Shown here piece by piece: positions 18,929 through 29,676 of a stretch of 64,000 nt of DNA (within the stretch, counting starts at the first letter, position 1; each line of letters begins with the position of its first letter). The position numbers and the translations under genes were made by a program. The notes beneath the pieces are model-generated. The model did no database searches. It was not told the origin of the DNA and worked only from the letters and a program-made list of their open reading frames with translations. Source of the DNA: Verrucomicrobiota bacterium (lineage in GTDB: Bacteria > Verrucomicrobiota > Verrucomicrobiia > Limisphaerales > AAA164-E04); the NCBI GenBank assembly GCA_047947115.1, contig CP170459.1, positions 1,120,001 to 1,184,000 on the forward strand. Reading direction: 5' to 3'.

Positions 18929-19184
18929 GTTAACGATTCGTATTCCATCCGAAGCGCTGGAAAAGAGCCTGAGATCACTGGCAAAAGAGCGGGGTTGGTC
19001 GCTGAATCAAGCCAGTAACTACCTCATGTTAAAGGGTGCGGGATTGTTGGCGGAAAAAAAAGATGATCGCATTGGGAACCAGCTCGACGCCTTCATCGGA
19101 TCCTGGTCAGACGATGAAGCAGAGGAATTCATGATTCATGTCAATGATGCTTTTGGAAAGATTGATGAAGACCTTTGGAAATGA
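18921..19184 (+). CDS. Putative antitoxin (VapB-like, RHH-type N-terminus)
   Basis: 87 aa; MTQLTIRIP...LAKERGWSLNQ; acidic C-terminus; ATGA overlap with the PIN toxin gene. Confidence 0.75.
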   Translation: MTQLTIRIPSEALEKSLRSLAKERGWSLNQASNYLMLKGAGLLAEKKDDRIGNQLDAFIGSWSDDEAEEFMIHVNDAFGKIDEDLWK

Positions 19185-19570
19185 AACTCATTCTGGATAC
19201 CAACGCTTATTCAAACATGATGCGTCGACATGAGAACGTCGTTCGCGTTATTGGTTCTGCTACTCAAATATACCTCCCGGCTCCGGTGGTTGGCGAATTA
19301 TTCTTTGGATTTCAAATGGGGAATCGATCCCAACAAAACCACCAGCAACTTCAGCAATTTCTTGATCATCCTCTCGTTGAGTTTTCTGCCACCGATGAAT
19401 TGGTTTGCAACCGATATGCATTGATTTTGAGTCAGCTTAAGAAAAAGGGCCAACCAATACCAACCAACGATATCTGGATTGCAGCGCATGCGCTGACCCT
19501 TGGCGCCGATCTCCTCTCTTCAGATGATCATTTTTCATGTATCGATGGATTGAGTTGGTTGAAACCATGA
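19181..19570 (+). CDS. vapC: Type II toxin-antitoxin VapC family PIN-domain toxin
   Basis: LILDTNAY, VVGEL, GQPIPTNDIWIAAHAL, LLSSDDHF. Confidence 0.9.
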   Translation: MKLILDTNAYSNMMRRHENVVRVIGSATQIYLPAPVVGELFFGFQMGNRSQQNHQQLQQFLDHPLVEFSATDELVCNRYALILSQLKKKGQPIPTNDIWIAAHALTLGADLLSSDDHFSCIDGLSWLKP

Positions 19571-19596
19571 AGGTTTTCGGGCGGGATTCAACTTTG

Positions 19597-20517
19597 TTAC
19601 TGCTTTAACCATCCCTGCGCACGCATCCAATCCGCACACCGGTGGTGCCAGGTCGTTACCGGAGTCTGGGTTTCACGCAGCCCATATCCATGACCGCCTT
19701 CGGAGTAGATATGGAGTTCGGAGGCGACACTTTCCCTCTTCAGGGCCTGCATCAGAAAGAGGCAACCTTCCACCGGTACCCCATCATCAAATGCATGCGC
19801 CATGAAGGTTGGTGGAGTGTCGGGGGTGACTTCAACGTGGGCGGGCAAGCCGGTCCGGTCTGGATTGGTCAAACCTCCGGGATAGATGAGGACATTAAAA
19901 TTGGGAAGATGACTGATCGCGTCCATGTCATCTCGTTGCTCATATTGACGCTCCTTTAACATCGCTGCCAAAGCCGCCGTTTCTCCACCCGCCGAAAAAC
20001 CCAGCACACCGATTCGCTGTGGGTTGAGCTGCCATTTTTCGGCATTGGATCGAACCATACTGATGGCGCGTTGTGCATCCTGCACCGCGGAAATCCAGCG
20101 ACGCCCCTGCCGATCTCTGGAAGGAACTCGATATTTTAAAACGAAGGCCGTTACTCCAAGTTCGTTTAACCACTCCGCGACTTCGGTTCCCTCCAAATCC
20201 CAGGCAAGGATGTAATGACCGCCTCCCGGACAGATCACCACCGAAGTTCCGTTCGCCTTTTCAGCGGAGGGACGATACACGGTCAACGTAGGAACACTGA
20301 CATTACCGGTCCGCATCACACGTTTGCCGGCCACCAGATTGTCACCTGGTTTGGTCGTATCAATCTCGGCAGGCAAATCCATATTTGGAGCCGGAGGCGT
20401 ACCTTTCCAAAGTTGAATTACTTCCGGCACGGCGGCTTTCGCTTGTGAGATGAATAAAAGAGAAAGGAACAAAACCACACATAACCCTCGAATGGAGCAA
20501 AGCGTTTTAAATTGCAT
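19597..20517 (-). CDS. Secreted alpha/beta hydrolase (carbohydrate esterase/BD-FAE-like)
   Basis: Signal peptide, VICPGGGH, FVLKYR, GFSAGG nucleophile elbow, DDGVP, GGHGYG. Confidence 0.85.
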   Translation of the reverse strand: MQFKTLCSIRGLCVVLFLSLLFISQAKAAVPEVIQLWKGTPPAPNMDLPAEIDTTKPGDNLVAGKRVMRTGNVSVPTLTVYRPSAEKANGTSVVICPGGGHYILAWDLEGTEVAEWLNELGVTAFVLKYRVPSRDRQGRRWISAVQDAQRAISMVRSNAEKWQLNPQRIGVLGFSAGGETAALAAMLKERQYEQRDDMDAISHLPNFNVLIYPGGLTNPDRTGLPAHVEVTPDTPPTFMAHAFDDGVPVEGCLFLMQALKRESVASELHIYSEGGHGYGLRETQTPVTTWHHRCADWMRAQGWLKQ

Positions 20518-20649
20518 GATGTGAGTATTGCTTCAAAATTTGTGCTCAAGCAATCAGGAAAACACGGGTGTAAACTAATGAAACAAATAAGAAATACTAA
20601 TTAATGACATACGCTGATCGCCGGTCCACAATCCATCCTTTCTAAACTC

Positions 20650-21768
20650 ATGAATGATCCATTAAGACATCATGAACATTCTGCAACACCAAAGTCGGTT
20701 TGTAGCATCCTATTGATAATAGGAATGTTAACGACTACATGTGCGGTTCTACTTCATTCCAAATATTCCATGCCGAATGTGCAGGGCAAGCCGGCGATAG
20801 AGTGGATTCATTGGAGATCAGCTGAAGAGAATCCTCGTGCATTTGATGAAGCGGTGCAGGTGTTAGGCCAGGATGTGTGGGATTACCTAGAAAACGAACT
20901 CTCATTGCGAGACAACTTTCTGGAGCGTTCATGGCGGAAGGTATATCCCAAAATGCCAAAAGGCGTGTTCAAGCAACCTAAAACGGCGGACGAAAGAATT
21001 CTCGATGCACTCATCTTGTTAGAAAAATTAGGACCGGTTCCAGTCCAACTACAGCCATCACTGGTATCCATTTTCAATTCCAATACCAATGTAAGACTTT
21101 TTGCGATTTATGCTCTTCGAATACTTGGTGAATATGCGAGTGAGTTGACGGCATCTACCGTTGCATCTACTCAAACTTTCCTCCGAGAGACCAATGATCC
21201 AACTTTGAATTTTGCTGCCTACTGTTTGCTTCTGAAGAAAGGAATTGAACCCGACCTTTCAGAAGAAGATTTGGTAGGGATGGTTCCTAAATTAACAGAG
21301 TTGTCGGGAGAAGAAATTCAGTGGTTCATTTGTCATTCAGATGCGGATGCACTTTCTTTCTGGAAGGCACATCTCAGACGGAATGACACCTTGTTAACCC
21401 ATCTGGTCACTCCTCGGCATATTAGTGGAATATCGAAGCGGGAGCGAAAAGTTTTGTTGCTTACCGCTGCCCTTGATATTTGCGAAGACTGATCAAGTTC
21501 ATCCCAAAACCAAATTCTGAGTGCGGTCTCAGCTTCATGGGATCTGTTCGATCGAGAGGTCATTGGGCAGCGAATTATCCCAACGTACTTACGGGCCTTG
21601 AAAAGTTCAAATGAGTATTTGCAACAAACCGCTGCCCGCGCACTCGTCAATTTTGATCCGCCGCCGAGCTTGGTGATTCCTTGCTTGCAGGAAGCAAAAT
21701 CTTCAAGTCCCCACCCAGAGTTCTTCGACCAATACATTACATATTTCGAAAAACTAGAATTACCCTGA
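20650..21768 (+). pseudogene. Membrane-anchored HEAT-repeat-like protein interrupted by an in-frame TGA at 21490-21492
   Basis: ORF 20650-21492 has an N-terminal TM and helical repeats. The same frame continues for 91 codons (SSSSQNQ...LRALKSSNEYLQQTAARALVNF...) to TGA 21766-21768. Confidence 0.5.
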
Positions 21769-22196
21769 GTTGGATTTCCCGCATCAGAGTGTACCTCGGA
21801 AGCGCAGCACCCAGGAGAGTTCTTTCCAGCATTCTCATGTTTCACCTAAACTAAAATGCACCTTTGTATTTTAAATAAAATGGATTCCTCCCTCCGCTAC
21901 GCTGTAAACACGAACACATAGTTTCTTGTTACTTGTCAGAACATGGCAAATGGCAATGCCAGACCATATGATGCGAAAATCCCTGGTGGCCACTTACGAG
22001 CTAGTTATTGGACATTTGGTAGGCCGATAATTCTACGGGCCTGTGAATACGTCATGAAATTGGAGAAGCCTTTTAGGCTTGCTCAGATATATCAAATGTC
22101 ACGAAGAAGCGCGTTCAAGGATTCTGTGAAAGAAAAAAAAAGCGCAAATAGAGATGCGCTTCGAAAATAAAATGTAGATCTTTTCTGAAGAGAAAA

Positions 22197-22212
22197 GGTT
22201 CCACGTGGAACA
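22197..22212. promoter_or_regulatory. parS (ParB-binding) site
   Basis: GGTTCCACGTGGAACA, within the longer palindrome AGAAAAGGTTCCACGTGGAACATTTTCT (22191-22218), just downstream of mnmG. Confidence 0.8.
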
Positions 22213-22237
22213 TTTTCTAATTCCAGACCAATAGCTA

Positions 22238-24139
22238 CTATCGGGAATGAGCCCGAGCAGCTTGTTTCATATGGACCATGAGGAGGGAGATATCCGCAGG
22301 GGAAATACCGGAGATGCGTGATGCTTGACCCAGGGTTCTTGGTTTAATGTCCATCAGCTTCTGACGTGCTTCGTTGCGGAGTCCAGGGATTTTGGAGAAA
22401 TCCATCCAGTCGGGAACCTGTTTGTCTTCCATGCTGCGGAACTTCTGAACTTCCATCTCCTGACGTTCAATGTAGCCCTGATATTTAATAATGATCTCAA
22501 CTTGCTGTTGCACTTCAACCGGAAGTTCCAGATTTGCAAAAGGCATGTTGGTGTATTGGATCTCGGGTCGTTTTAAGATCTGAGAAAGAAGGATATTATC
22601 GTGTCGGGTTGACTGAAGGCGTGAGATTTCTTGATGGATTAAAGTATCCTTGTGCTCGAACTGTTTGAAATTCCGATCTGGAAGCAGACCAAGTTCTCTT
22701 CCTAAGCGACTTAGGCGTTGATCGGCGTTGTCCTGACGGAGCAGGAGTCTGTATTCAGCTCGTGAAGTAAACATTCTGTATGGTTCGGATGTCCCTTTTG
22801 TGACCAGATCATCAATCAGCACACCAATGTAGGCTTCATTTCGCTGAAGCACGATGGAATCCTTACCGAGTACATATCGGGAGGCATTAATACCAGCCAT
22901 CAGTCCTTGTGCCCCTGCTTCTTCGTAGCCGGAAGTACCGTTAATCTGTCCGGCCAGAAAAAGACCCGAACAGGTTTTGGTTTCCAATGAAGGGTAGAGT
23001 TGTGTGGGATCTACGAAATCATATTCCACAGCGTATGCTGGACGCAGAATTTCCGCATCTTCCAATCCAATGATTGATTGAATCAACTCAACCTGCACTT
23101 CAAAGGGTAAACTTGTGGAAAATCCATTGATATAATATTCATCCGTGGCAATTCCTTCGGGTTCTAGAAAGATCTGATGATCTTCCTTATCGGCAAATCG
23201 AACGATTTTATCTTCAATCGATGGACAATACCTAGGACCAGTGCCTTCGATGATTCCCGAATACATTGGTGACAAGTGAAGGTTATTTTTGATGATTTCA
23301 GCCGTTTTGGATGTAGTTCGGGTTATTTGGCAATGTAACTGACCCCCTATTTTGTCAAGAATGGATCCAGGAGGATATTTTCCATTTGAGTGTCCTATAT
23401 CCGATGAGTTGACACCGGAATGTTCCACGTGGAACAAATCTTCCTTCCAGTAACTGAAGTAGGGGATGGGTTCGTCTCCCGGTTGAGTTTCGGTTTTTTC
23501 GAAGTTGATGGATCTTTTCAGAATCCTGGGTGGTGTTCCTGTTTTGAGTCGTCCCAACCGTAGCCCGATTTCTTTAAGAGAATCTGACATTCCCATGGCC
23601 GCGGCTTCTCCTGCCCGTCCACCGGTTGCCTGTGCTTTTCCGATATGCATAAGCCCCCGGAGAAAGGTGCCAGTGGTCAGGATGATGGTTTTTCCCAGAT
23701 ATTGGACTCCGAATTGGGTTTCTACTCCATAAACCTTTTGATCCTTAATCAGAAGTCTGCCAGCTTGACCTTGTTGAAGGAAGAGATTGGGCTCACGTTC
23801 ACACACCCATTTAAGCCGAAATTGGTATGCCTTCTTGTCACACTGGGCGCGTGGTGCCCAAACTGACGGTCCTTTCTTGGTATTTAACATCCGGAACTGT
23901 AATCCGGTCATGTCGGTGGCTTTTCCCATTTCACCGCCCAATGCATCAATTTCCCTAGCCAGGTGTCCTTTCGCCAAACCGCCGATGGCTGGATTGCAGG
24001 ACATCTGACCGATGGTGTCCACATTGATGGAAAGCATCAGTGTCTGGCACCCCATGCGGGCAGCAGCCAAGGCTGCTTCCACACCTGCGTGTCCGCCACC
24101 GACAACGATGACGTCAAATTGTTTGGGATAGGTATACAT
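22238..24139 (-). CDS. mnmG: tRNA uridine-5-carboxymethylaminomethyl(34) synthesis enzyme MnmG (GidA)
   Basis: [66 protein letters not shown]. Confidence 0.97.
   Translation of the reverse strand: MYTYPKQFDVIVVGGGHAGVEAALAAARMGCQTLMLSINVDTIGQMSCNPAIGGLAKGHLAREIDALGGEMGKATDMTGLQFRMLNTKKGPSVWAPRAQCDKKAYQFRLKWVCEREPNLFLQQGQAGRLLIKDQKVYGVETQFGVQYLGKTIILTTGTFLRGLMHIGKAQATGGRAGEAAAMGMSDSLKEIGLRLGRLKTGTPPRILKRSINFEKTETQPGDEPIPYFSYWKEDLFHVEHSGVNSSDIGHSNGKYPPGSILDKIGGQLHCQITRTTSKTAEIIKNNLHLSPMYSGIIEGTGPRYCPSIEDKIVRFADKEDHQIFLEPEGIATDEYYINGFSTSLPFEVQVELIQSIIGLEDAEILRPAYAVEYDFVDPTQLYPSLETKTCSGLFLAGQINGTSGYEEAGAQGLMAGINASRYVLGKDSIVLQRNEAYIGVLIDDLVTKGTSEPYRMFTSRAEYRLLLRQDNADQRLSRLGRELGLLPDRNFKQFEHKDTLIHQEISRLQSTRHDNILLSQILKRPEIQYTNMPFANLELPVEVQQQVEIIIKYQGYIERQEMEVQKFRSMEDKQVPDWMDFSKIPGLRNEARQKLMDIKPRTLGQASRISGISPADISLLMVHMKQAARAHSR
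23421..23436. promoter_or_regulatory. parS site inside the mnmG coding sequence
   Basis: Perfect palindrome TGTTCCACGTGGAACA; it reads L-F-H-V-E-H in MnmG. Confidence 0.85.
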
Positions 24140-24177
24140 GTAGGAGAATTGTTTTAGGGGGCTGGAATTTTCAGAAA

Positions 24178-25773
24178 CTAGTCCTTGTAAGAAAACTGTG
24201 CATCAAATGGAGTTTCTCCATCAGTTCTACGGATCTTGCGGGTTGGATTAGCTGACAGGTGCTGGCAGATCTTGAAAAGTGTCTCTTGGTGTCCACTTCC
24301 TCCCAATGCTTCATCCAAACCATCAACTGTATAGGGTTGCCCTGGATTTTGCTTAAGGTATTCAAGAATTTTGATCTGCCATTCTATCACCTCACCTGCT
24401 GCCTTTTTTCCTGCTTCCACACCAGGTTGGTGGTAGGCGTTGATGTTGATCATGGATGCATATAAGCCCACGGCTCGCTCATAAAGTGCGATCAATATTC
24501 CTACAGTTCGGGGAGAGACCTCATCAATCGTAATGGTTATGGAATCTCGGTCATTCTCATGAAGAGCTCGCCGTGTTCCCAAAAAGAAGCCGCTTAAATA
24601 GTCGCCGCTTGTGACATTCGGTTCGACCTCGATTGAATCGTTTTTGCGATCCTTTAATACTTCGATGAAAGTTGCAAAGAAATCATTACGCCCGTCTCTC
24701 AGTTGCTGGATATAGGCGTGTTGGTCGGTCGAACCTTTGTTGCCGTAAACAGCGATACCTTGTTCTACTTTGTTTCCGTCCAGATCTTCTGCTTTGCCAA
24801 GAGATTCCATGACCAATTGCTGGAGGTATTTTGAGAATAATTGCAGGCGGTCTTTGTACGGTAAAATCACCATTGCTTTGTCACCCTTTCCTTTGCCACA
24901 GTGGTGCCACATCATGGCAAGGCAAGCTGCTGGGTTGGTGGCGGGATCCATGGCACGGGTTGCGGCATCACAGTCCTTCGCACCATCGAGCATGGCTTGA
25001 ATATCGATTCCTTGAAGCGCGGCGGGGAGGAGGCCAACTGCGGAGAGTTCACTCGTACGACCCCCGACCCAGTCCCACATCGGGAAGGTTTCAATCCATG
25101 ATTCACGAGTCGCAACTTTGAACAATTCACTGTCATCACTTGTGATGGCAACAGCGTGTTTCGCGAAAGAAAGCCCGGCATTTGAATACGCATTTTTAGC
25201 TTCCAGCATGCCGTTGCGGGTTTCCTTGGTGCCGCCTGATTTTGAGATGACAATGCTTAAAGTTGTACCCAATTGATCTCCAATCTCTGCCAATGTTTGG
25301 TCCATTCCGTCGGGATCCGTATTGTCAAAAAAGAATGGTTTCATGACATCTATTCCCGGTGTTCCCAAGGCACTGGCCACGAATTGCGGCCCCAGGGCAG
25401 ACCCGCCAATTCCAATGACCAAGAGATTTTTAAAAGTCCCCCCTTGCCCCTTGATATCTCCGCCGTGAACTTTTGAAACAAATGATTGGATCTTTGAAAT
25501 GGCTTCCACGATCTGGATGCGCTGTTCCTTTTCAGGTGACAAATCGGCATTACGCAACCAGTAATGTCCCACCATTCTGCCTTCATCAGGATTCGCAACA
25601 CATCCTTTTTCAAGTTGTTGCATCAATTCAAGAGCTTTTGATGCTTTCTTCTTTAGCGTTTCAAAATCTTGGTCCGTGAAGGAAACTTTGCTGACATCCA
25701 GGTTCAGATTTAAATCAGGATTTGATAGGTAATGCCTCTTGAATCGGTCCCATGATGGGCTTTGAATAGTCAT
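24178..25773 (-). CDS. pgi: Glucose-6-phosphate isomerase
   Basis: [63 protein letters not shown]. Confidence 0.95.
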   Translation of the reverse strand: MTIQSPSWDRFKRHYLSNPDLNLNLDVSKVSFTDQDFETLKKKASKALELMQQLEKGCVANPDEGRMVGHYWLRNADLSPEKEQRIQIVEAISKIQSFVSKVHGGDIKGQGGTFKNLLVIGIGGSALGPQFVASALGTPGIDVMKPFFFDNTDPDGMDQTLAEIGDQLGTTLSIVISKSGGTKETRNGMLEAKNAYSNAGLSFAKHAVAITSDDSELFKVATRESWIETFPMWDWVGGRTSELSAVGLLPAALQGIDIQAMLDGAKDCDAATRAMDPATNPAACLAMMWHHCGKGKGDKAMVILPYKDRLQLFSKYLQQLVMESLGKAEDLDGNKVEQGIAVYGNKGSTDQHAYIQQLRDGRNDFFATFIEVLKDRKNDSIEVEPNVTSGDYLSGFFLGTRRALHENDRDSITITIDEVSPRTVGILIALYERAVGLYASMININAYHQPGVEAGKKAAGEVIEWQIKILEYLKQNPGQPYTVDGLDEALGGSGHQETLFKICQHLSANPTRKIRRTDGETPFDAQFSYKD

Positions 25774-25942
25774 AATGTATACTTATATAAAGAATTAGAT
25801 AAACAGAATTAAACGTCTCTTCAACTGGGTTGAATTTGGCTAGCTGGAATGTTGCATGGGCAGGATTCGAACCCGTTCAAAACAATTCCATATCTCACTT
25901 TATGATTCGCGTCAAAGGTGTTAATTTCCTTTCACAGATTTC

Positions 25943-27052
25943 ATGGCAAAAGTATTACTCGAAAATGTGTCCAAATTCTTTATTGGACCTAAGAAATCCC
26001 GGGTTACAGCAGTCACCCATTTGAACCTTGAGATTCAAAATGGTGAGTTTGCTGTGCTGCTTGGGCCGTCAGGTTGTGGCAAGACAACCACCCTTAGAAT
26101 GATCGCCGGTTTGGAAGAAATCGATGAAGGTTCGATTTACATGGACGACATCAAGGTCAACGATGTGCAACCCAAGGATCGTGATATCGCCATGGTCTTT
26201 CAGAACTATGCGCTGTACCCGCACTTGAATGTCTTCGAGAACATGTCCCTTGGCCTGAAGCTCAGGAAGTTTCAGAAAACAGACATCAAAGAGCGGATTG
26301 AGGAAGCTTCCAGTATGCTTGGAATTGGTGATTTACTTGAGCGGATGCCGGATCAACTTTCCGGTGGACAGCGCCAGCGTGTCGCGGTTGGAAGGGCCTT
26401 GGTGCGCAGACCGAAAGTGTTTCTGTTTGATGAACCCCTATCCAATCTCGACGCCCGCATGCGCCTCCAGATGAGGATAGAATTGACTGAACTCCACCAG
26501 AAGCTCGGCTCCACCATGATTTATGTGACCCATGATCAAGCCGAAGCAATGACGATGGGGGATCGGATTGTTGTGATGCATCAGGGAGAGGTTCAACAAG
26601 TCGACCAACCGGTGGAAGTGTATCAACGTCCCAAGAACCAATTCGTGGCGGGTTTCATCGGTTCACCTCCGATGAACCTGCTGGAAATCAACTTCCAACC
26701 TGATAAATCGCTATGGAGCATATCAGGAACCAATCAATCCTTGGATCTTTCAGAGAAGGCTGCAGAGATTCCAACAGCAGCAACATCGCTCAAACTAGGT
26801 TTTCGTCCGGAGAAAGCTGAGTTGGTTTCTGAGAATAATGTGAAACATACCGATGGTATCCAAATGCAGGCAAGGGTTCACTGGCTGGAGCCTACCGGAG
26901 CGGATACTTATGTGCATCTGGCGATCGGTGAACAGAAAATCATCGTACGTGCATCCAGCAACAGCAAATGGCAGGCGAGCCAAAATCTGACCATCAGAAT
27001 ATCTACAGAACATGTCCACTTGTTTGGTGGCAAAGGAGGGGAACGACTCTAA
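25943..27052 (+). CDS. Sugar ABC transporter ATP-binding protein (MalK/UgpC/MsmX family)
   Basis: GPSGCGKTT, MVFQNYALYPH, LSGGQRQRVA, FLFDEPLSNLD, FIGSPPMN, C-terminal TOBE domain. No permease genes adjacent. Confidence 0.9.
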   Translation: MAKVLLENVSKFFIGPKKSRVTAVTHLNLEIQNGEFAVLLGPSGCGKTTTLRMIAGLEEIDEGSIYMDDIKVNDVQPKDRDIAMVFQNYALYPHLNVFENMSLGLKLRKFQKTDIKERIEEASSMLGIGDLLERMPDQLSGGQRQRVAVGRALVRRPKVFLFDEPLSNLDARMRLQMRIELTELHQKLGSTMIYVTHDQAEAMTMGDRIVVMHQGEVQQVDQPVEVYQRPKNQFVAGFIGSPPMNLLEINFQPDKSLWSISGTNQSLDLSEKAAEIPTAATSLKLGFRPEKAELVSENNVKHTDGIQMQARVHWLEPTGADTYVHLAIGEQKIIVRASSNSKWQASQNLTIRISTEHVHLFGGKGGERL

Positions 27053-27437
27053 AAAGTGTCAATAGTTGGGACTGACCCCAAATGAGATAGGAGGATACTT
27101 TTGGTTCGGGGGTTTCTTCTCTTGCTTGGAATGCGTTTTGTGTAGATCCGCGGGGGGATGGCATTAAACTTTTTCTTAAGGTAGAATGTCTGAGTTTTAT
27201 TTCCAGGAAGTGCCATATCGGTTTAAAGATGACTTTCCTTAAAGATCCGTTTGCGAAATTTGAAAGTTCGAATATGTTATAATGTTCTATGAGCAACGAC
27301 CGCCTTGGTAGGGCCAGGCGGTCTTGATGTAAATCGCAATGGAGGGCGTGTTCCCTGGCAGTGAGGTGTGTCTTCGGATCTGCCAAAGTGGTAGGAATCG
27401 ACCATTTTGCGGAGAAGTAACAAAAGCGGAATGAGTT

Positions 27438-27860
27438 ATGGATTTCAATCACTGGAACCCAGGGGAGCGTCGTAGCGAATTTGTGGGTATATCTGGATCG
27501 GAAACGTCTATGTCAGACAGCAGTTGGTCTCCAAATACGGATGTTTATGAAGTGGATGGCGGTTTGGTCATCCGGGTGGAATTGTCGGGTATGCGCCGTG
27601 AGGATCTTCAGCTCAAAGCAGAAGGCAACATGCTGCGCATCAGCGGCACTCGACCTGACGACCAGCGGCCATCTCAAAGCAAATATCTGCTGATGGAGAT
27701 TAGTTTCGGTCCTTTTGAGACTACCATTGAACTGCCTTCAGGATATGATCTTGAGGAAGCCAAAGCTCTCTATCAGAACGGATTTCTTACTGTGGAAGTG
27801 CCTGCTGAGTCAGAGTATCCCTCCAAAAACATTCAAATCGAATCTTTGGCCGGGGATTAA
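27438..27860 (+). CDS. Hsp20/alpha-crystallin family protein
   Basis: WSPNTDVYE, IRVELSGM, LRISGTR, EISFGPFE...ELP, ALYQNGFLTVEVP. Confidence 0.85.
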   Translation: MDFNHWNPGERRSEFVGISGSETSMSDSSWSPNTDVYEVDGGLVIRVELSGMRREDLQLKAEGNMLRISGTRPDDQRPSQSKYLLMEISFGPFETTIELPSGYDLEEAKALYQNGFLTVEVPAESEYPSKNIQIESLAGD

Positions 27861-28062
27861 ATCACCAACCCTTTCATTTTTATCCCTCCACACATTTTAG
27901 GTGGAGTGAAGATCTAACAATAGATAGCCCACATTGGAGGGGAGGGGTCCCGCTTCAACCTTTATAGTTTACGATTTGAAACGAAGGCTCCTTAGTAAGT
28001 GCTCCTTCCCAATCAACCCGTAAGCCTTTTCGCGTTTCATGTCGATTATTGATGAAACTTTT

Positions 28063-29594
28063 GGGTCTTCTCAAAAAAGAGTGGGTAAATTGAGCACGTC
28101 GGGATGCCCTATCGCTCTGTTCCAGTCCAGTAAAACATCAGCATAACTCCCCCGCTGACGCGGAGTCGGCCTTCGGCACTTATATGATGTTTTCCTGGAC
28201 TTCCACGACGCGAGAGGGCCTACGGGTGGTGTGGTTTTTCTCCAAGAAAAACCCAGAGGATTTTTATTCGAAAAGCATCGGCAATCTCCTCAACATGGCG
28301 TCGCCAAAACAAACCTCGTCAAAGATTGCCGATGCTGTTGAAAACCTTGCTCAATCGTTGCCATAAATTCAAATCCTTTGTCTATCGCCAAGCATGCTTC
28401 CAGGAAGTTGAAGGAGTCGAAGCTATTGTCGTAAGCGTTGAACCACGGCAAAACAGCCGCCCAGTATGTTCAAAGTGCAATCGTAGTGCTTCCACCTATG
28501 ACCATCGTCCTGGAAAACGAAAGTTTCGATTCATCCCCTTATGGGGGTGGCCGGTGTTTCTTGAATACCGGATGCGAAGAGTTAACTGCCCCAATGACGG
28601 TGTTGTCATCGAATCGGTTCCTTGGGCCAAAGGAAAAAGCCGGATAACCTGTGTCATGGAACACTTCCTTGCACAGTGGGCTCGGAAACTTTCATGGAAA
28701 GAAGTTGCCCAGACCTTTGAAGTCAGTTGGCAATCGGTGTATCGGTCCGTTGCTTCCATTGTTGAATACGGCTTGAAGCACAGGAGTTTGGACGATATTA
28801 ATGCCATCGGAGTTGATGAGGTGCATTTTGGAAAGGGGCAAAAGTATCTGACGGTGGTTTACCAGATAGATCAAGGCACGCGCCGATTGTTAAGCGTCAC
28901 CAAGGAGAGAACCGAGCAATCCCTTCGGGATTTTTTTAAGATCCTCACTCAAAAGCAACTTGAGTCCATTCAATTTGTTTGTTCGGACATGTGGAAACCT
29001 TATCTCAATGTGATTAAGGAAAAACTCGAACACGCCCTCCACGTGTTGGATCGCTTCCATATCGTAGCCAATCTGAACAAAGCAATCAATGAAGTCAGGG
29101 CGGTCGAAGCGCGTAAGATGCGTCAGGACGGATACCAGGAAGTGCTTAAACACACCAAATACTGCTTTCTCAAACGTCGTGAGAACCTCACGCCCAATCA
29201 AAAGATTAAGCTGGAGGAAGTCCTCCAGTATGATCTGAAAAGTGTTCGGGCATTTTTGCTCAAAGAAGCATTTGAGTTCTTTTGGAATTACACTAGCCCA
29301 TATTGGGCTGAGTGGTATTTGAACAAGTGGTGCACCAGAGCTATGCGCTCACGTCTGGAACCCATCAAGAAATTTGCCAGCAGCCTACGAAAACATCAGC
29401 CGCTGATCCTGAATTGGTTCAGGGCCAAAAAGACTATTTCGTCGGGAGTTGTTGAGGGTTTGAACCGCAAAATAAATCTGACTACCAGAAAAGCCTACGG
29501 CTATCGTAGCTTTGAAGTGCTTAAAATAGCCCTTTTTCACACAATGGGTGAACTACCCGAACCTAAATTTACCCACAGATTCTGAAGAAGAGGC
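28063..29594 (+). mobile_element. ISL3 family insertion sequence (1532 bp), apparently intact
   Basis: Imperfect TIRs GGGTCTTCTCAAAAAAGAGTGGGTAAATT and (reverse complement) GCCTCTTCTTCAGAATCTGTGGGTAAATT. 8-bp direct repeat AAACTTTT at 28055-28062 and 29595-29602. Confidence 0.92.
28332..29585 (+). CDS. ISL3 family transposase
   Basis: Zinc finger CSKC...CPND, IGVDE, VCSDMWKPY, LDRFHIV, SGVVEGLNRKI, RKAYGYR. The stop codon lies inside the right TIR. Confidence 0.92.
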   Translation: MLLKTLLNRCHKFKSFVYRQACFQEVEGVEAIVVSVEPRQNSRPVCSKCNRSASTYDHRPGKRKFRFIPLWGWPVFLEYRMRRVNCPNDGVVIESVPWAKGKSRITCVMEHFLAQWARKLSWKEVAQTFEVSWQSVYRSVASIVEYGLKHRSLDDINAIGVDEVHFGKGQKYLTVVYQIDQGTRRLLSVTKERTEQSLRDFFKILTQKQLESIQFVCSDMWKPYLNVIKEKLEHALHVLDRFHIVANLNKAINEVRAVEARKMRQDGYQEVLKHTKYCFLKRRENLTPNQKIKLEEVLQYDLKSVRAFLLKEAFEFFWNYTSPYWAEWYLNKWCTRAMRSRLEPIKKFASSLRKHQPLILNWFRAKKTISSGVVEGLNRKINLTTRKAYGYRSFEVLKIALFHTMGELPEPKFTHRF

Positions 29595-29676
29595 AAACTT
29601 TTCAAGGTGATCATTTGGTGAAGCGACTCGTCGGGACTTCCATCCACTCCAAGTTAAAAAATAAAACAGCCTTCGC

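Noticed and set aside
21770..22190. AT-rich intergenic region next to parS and mnmG as oriC
   Set aside because: No cluster of TTATCCACA-like DnaA boxes is visible (only weak matches such as TGTGAATAC), and no dnaA or dnaN is in the window.
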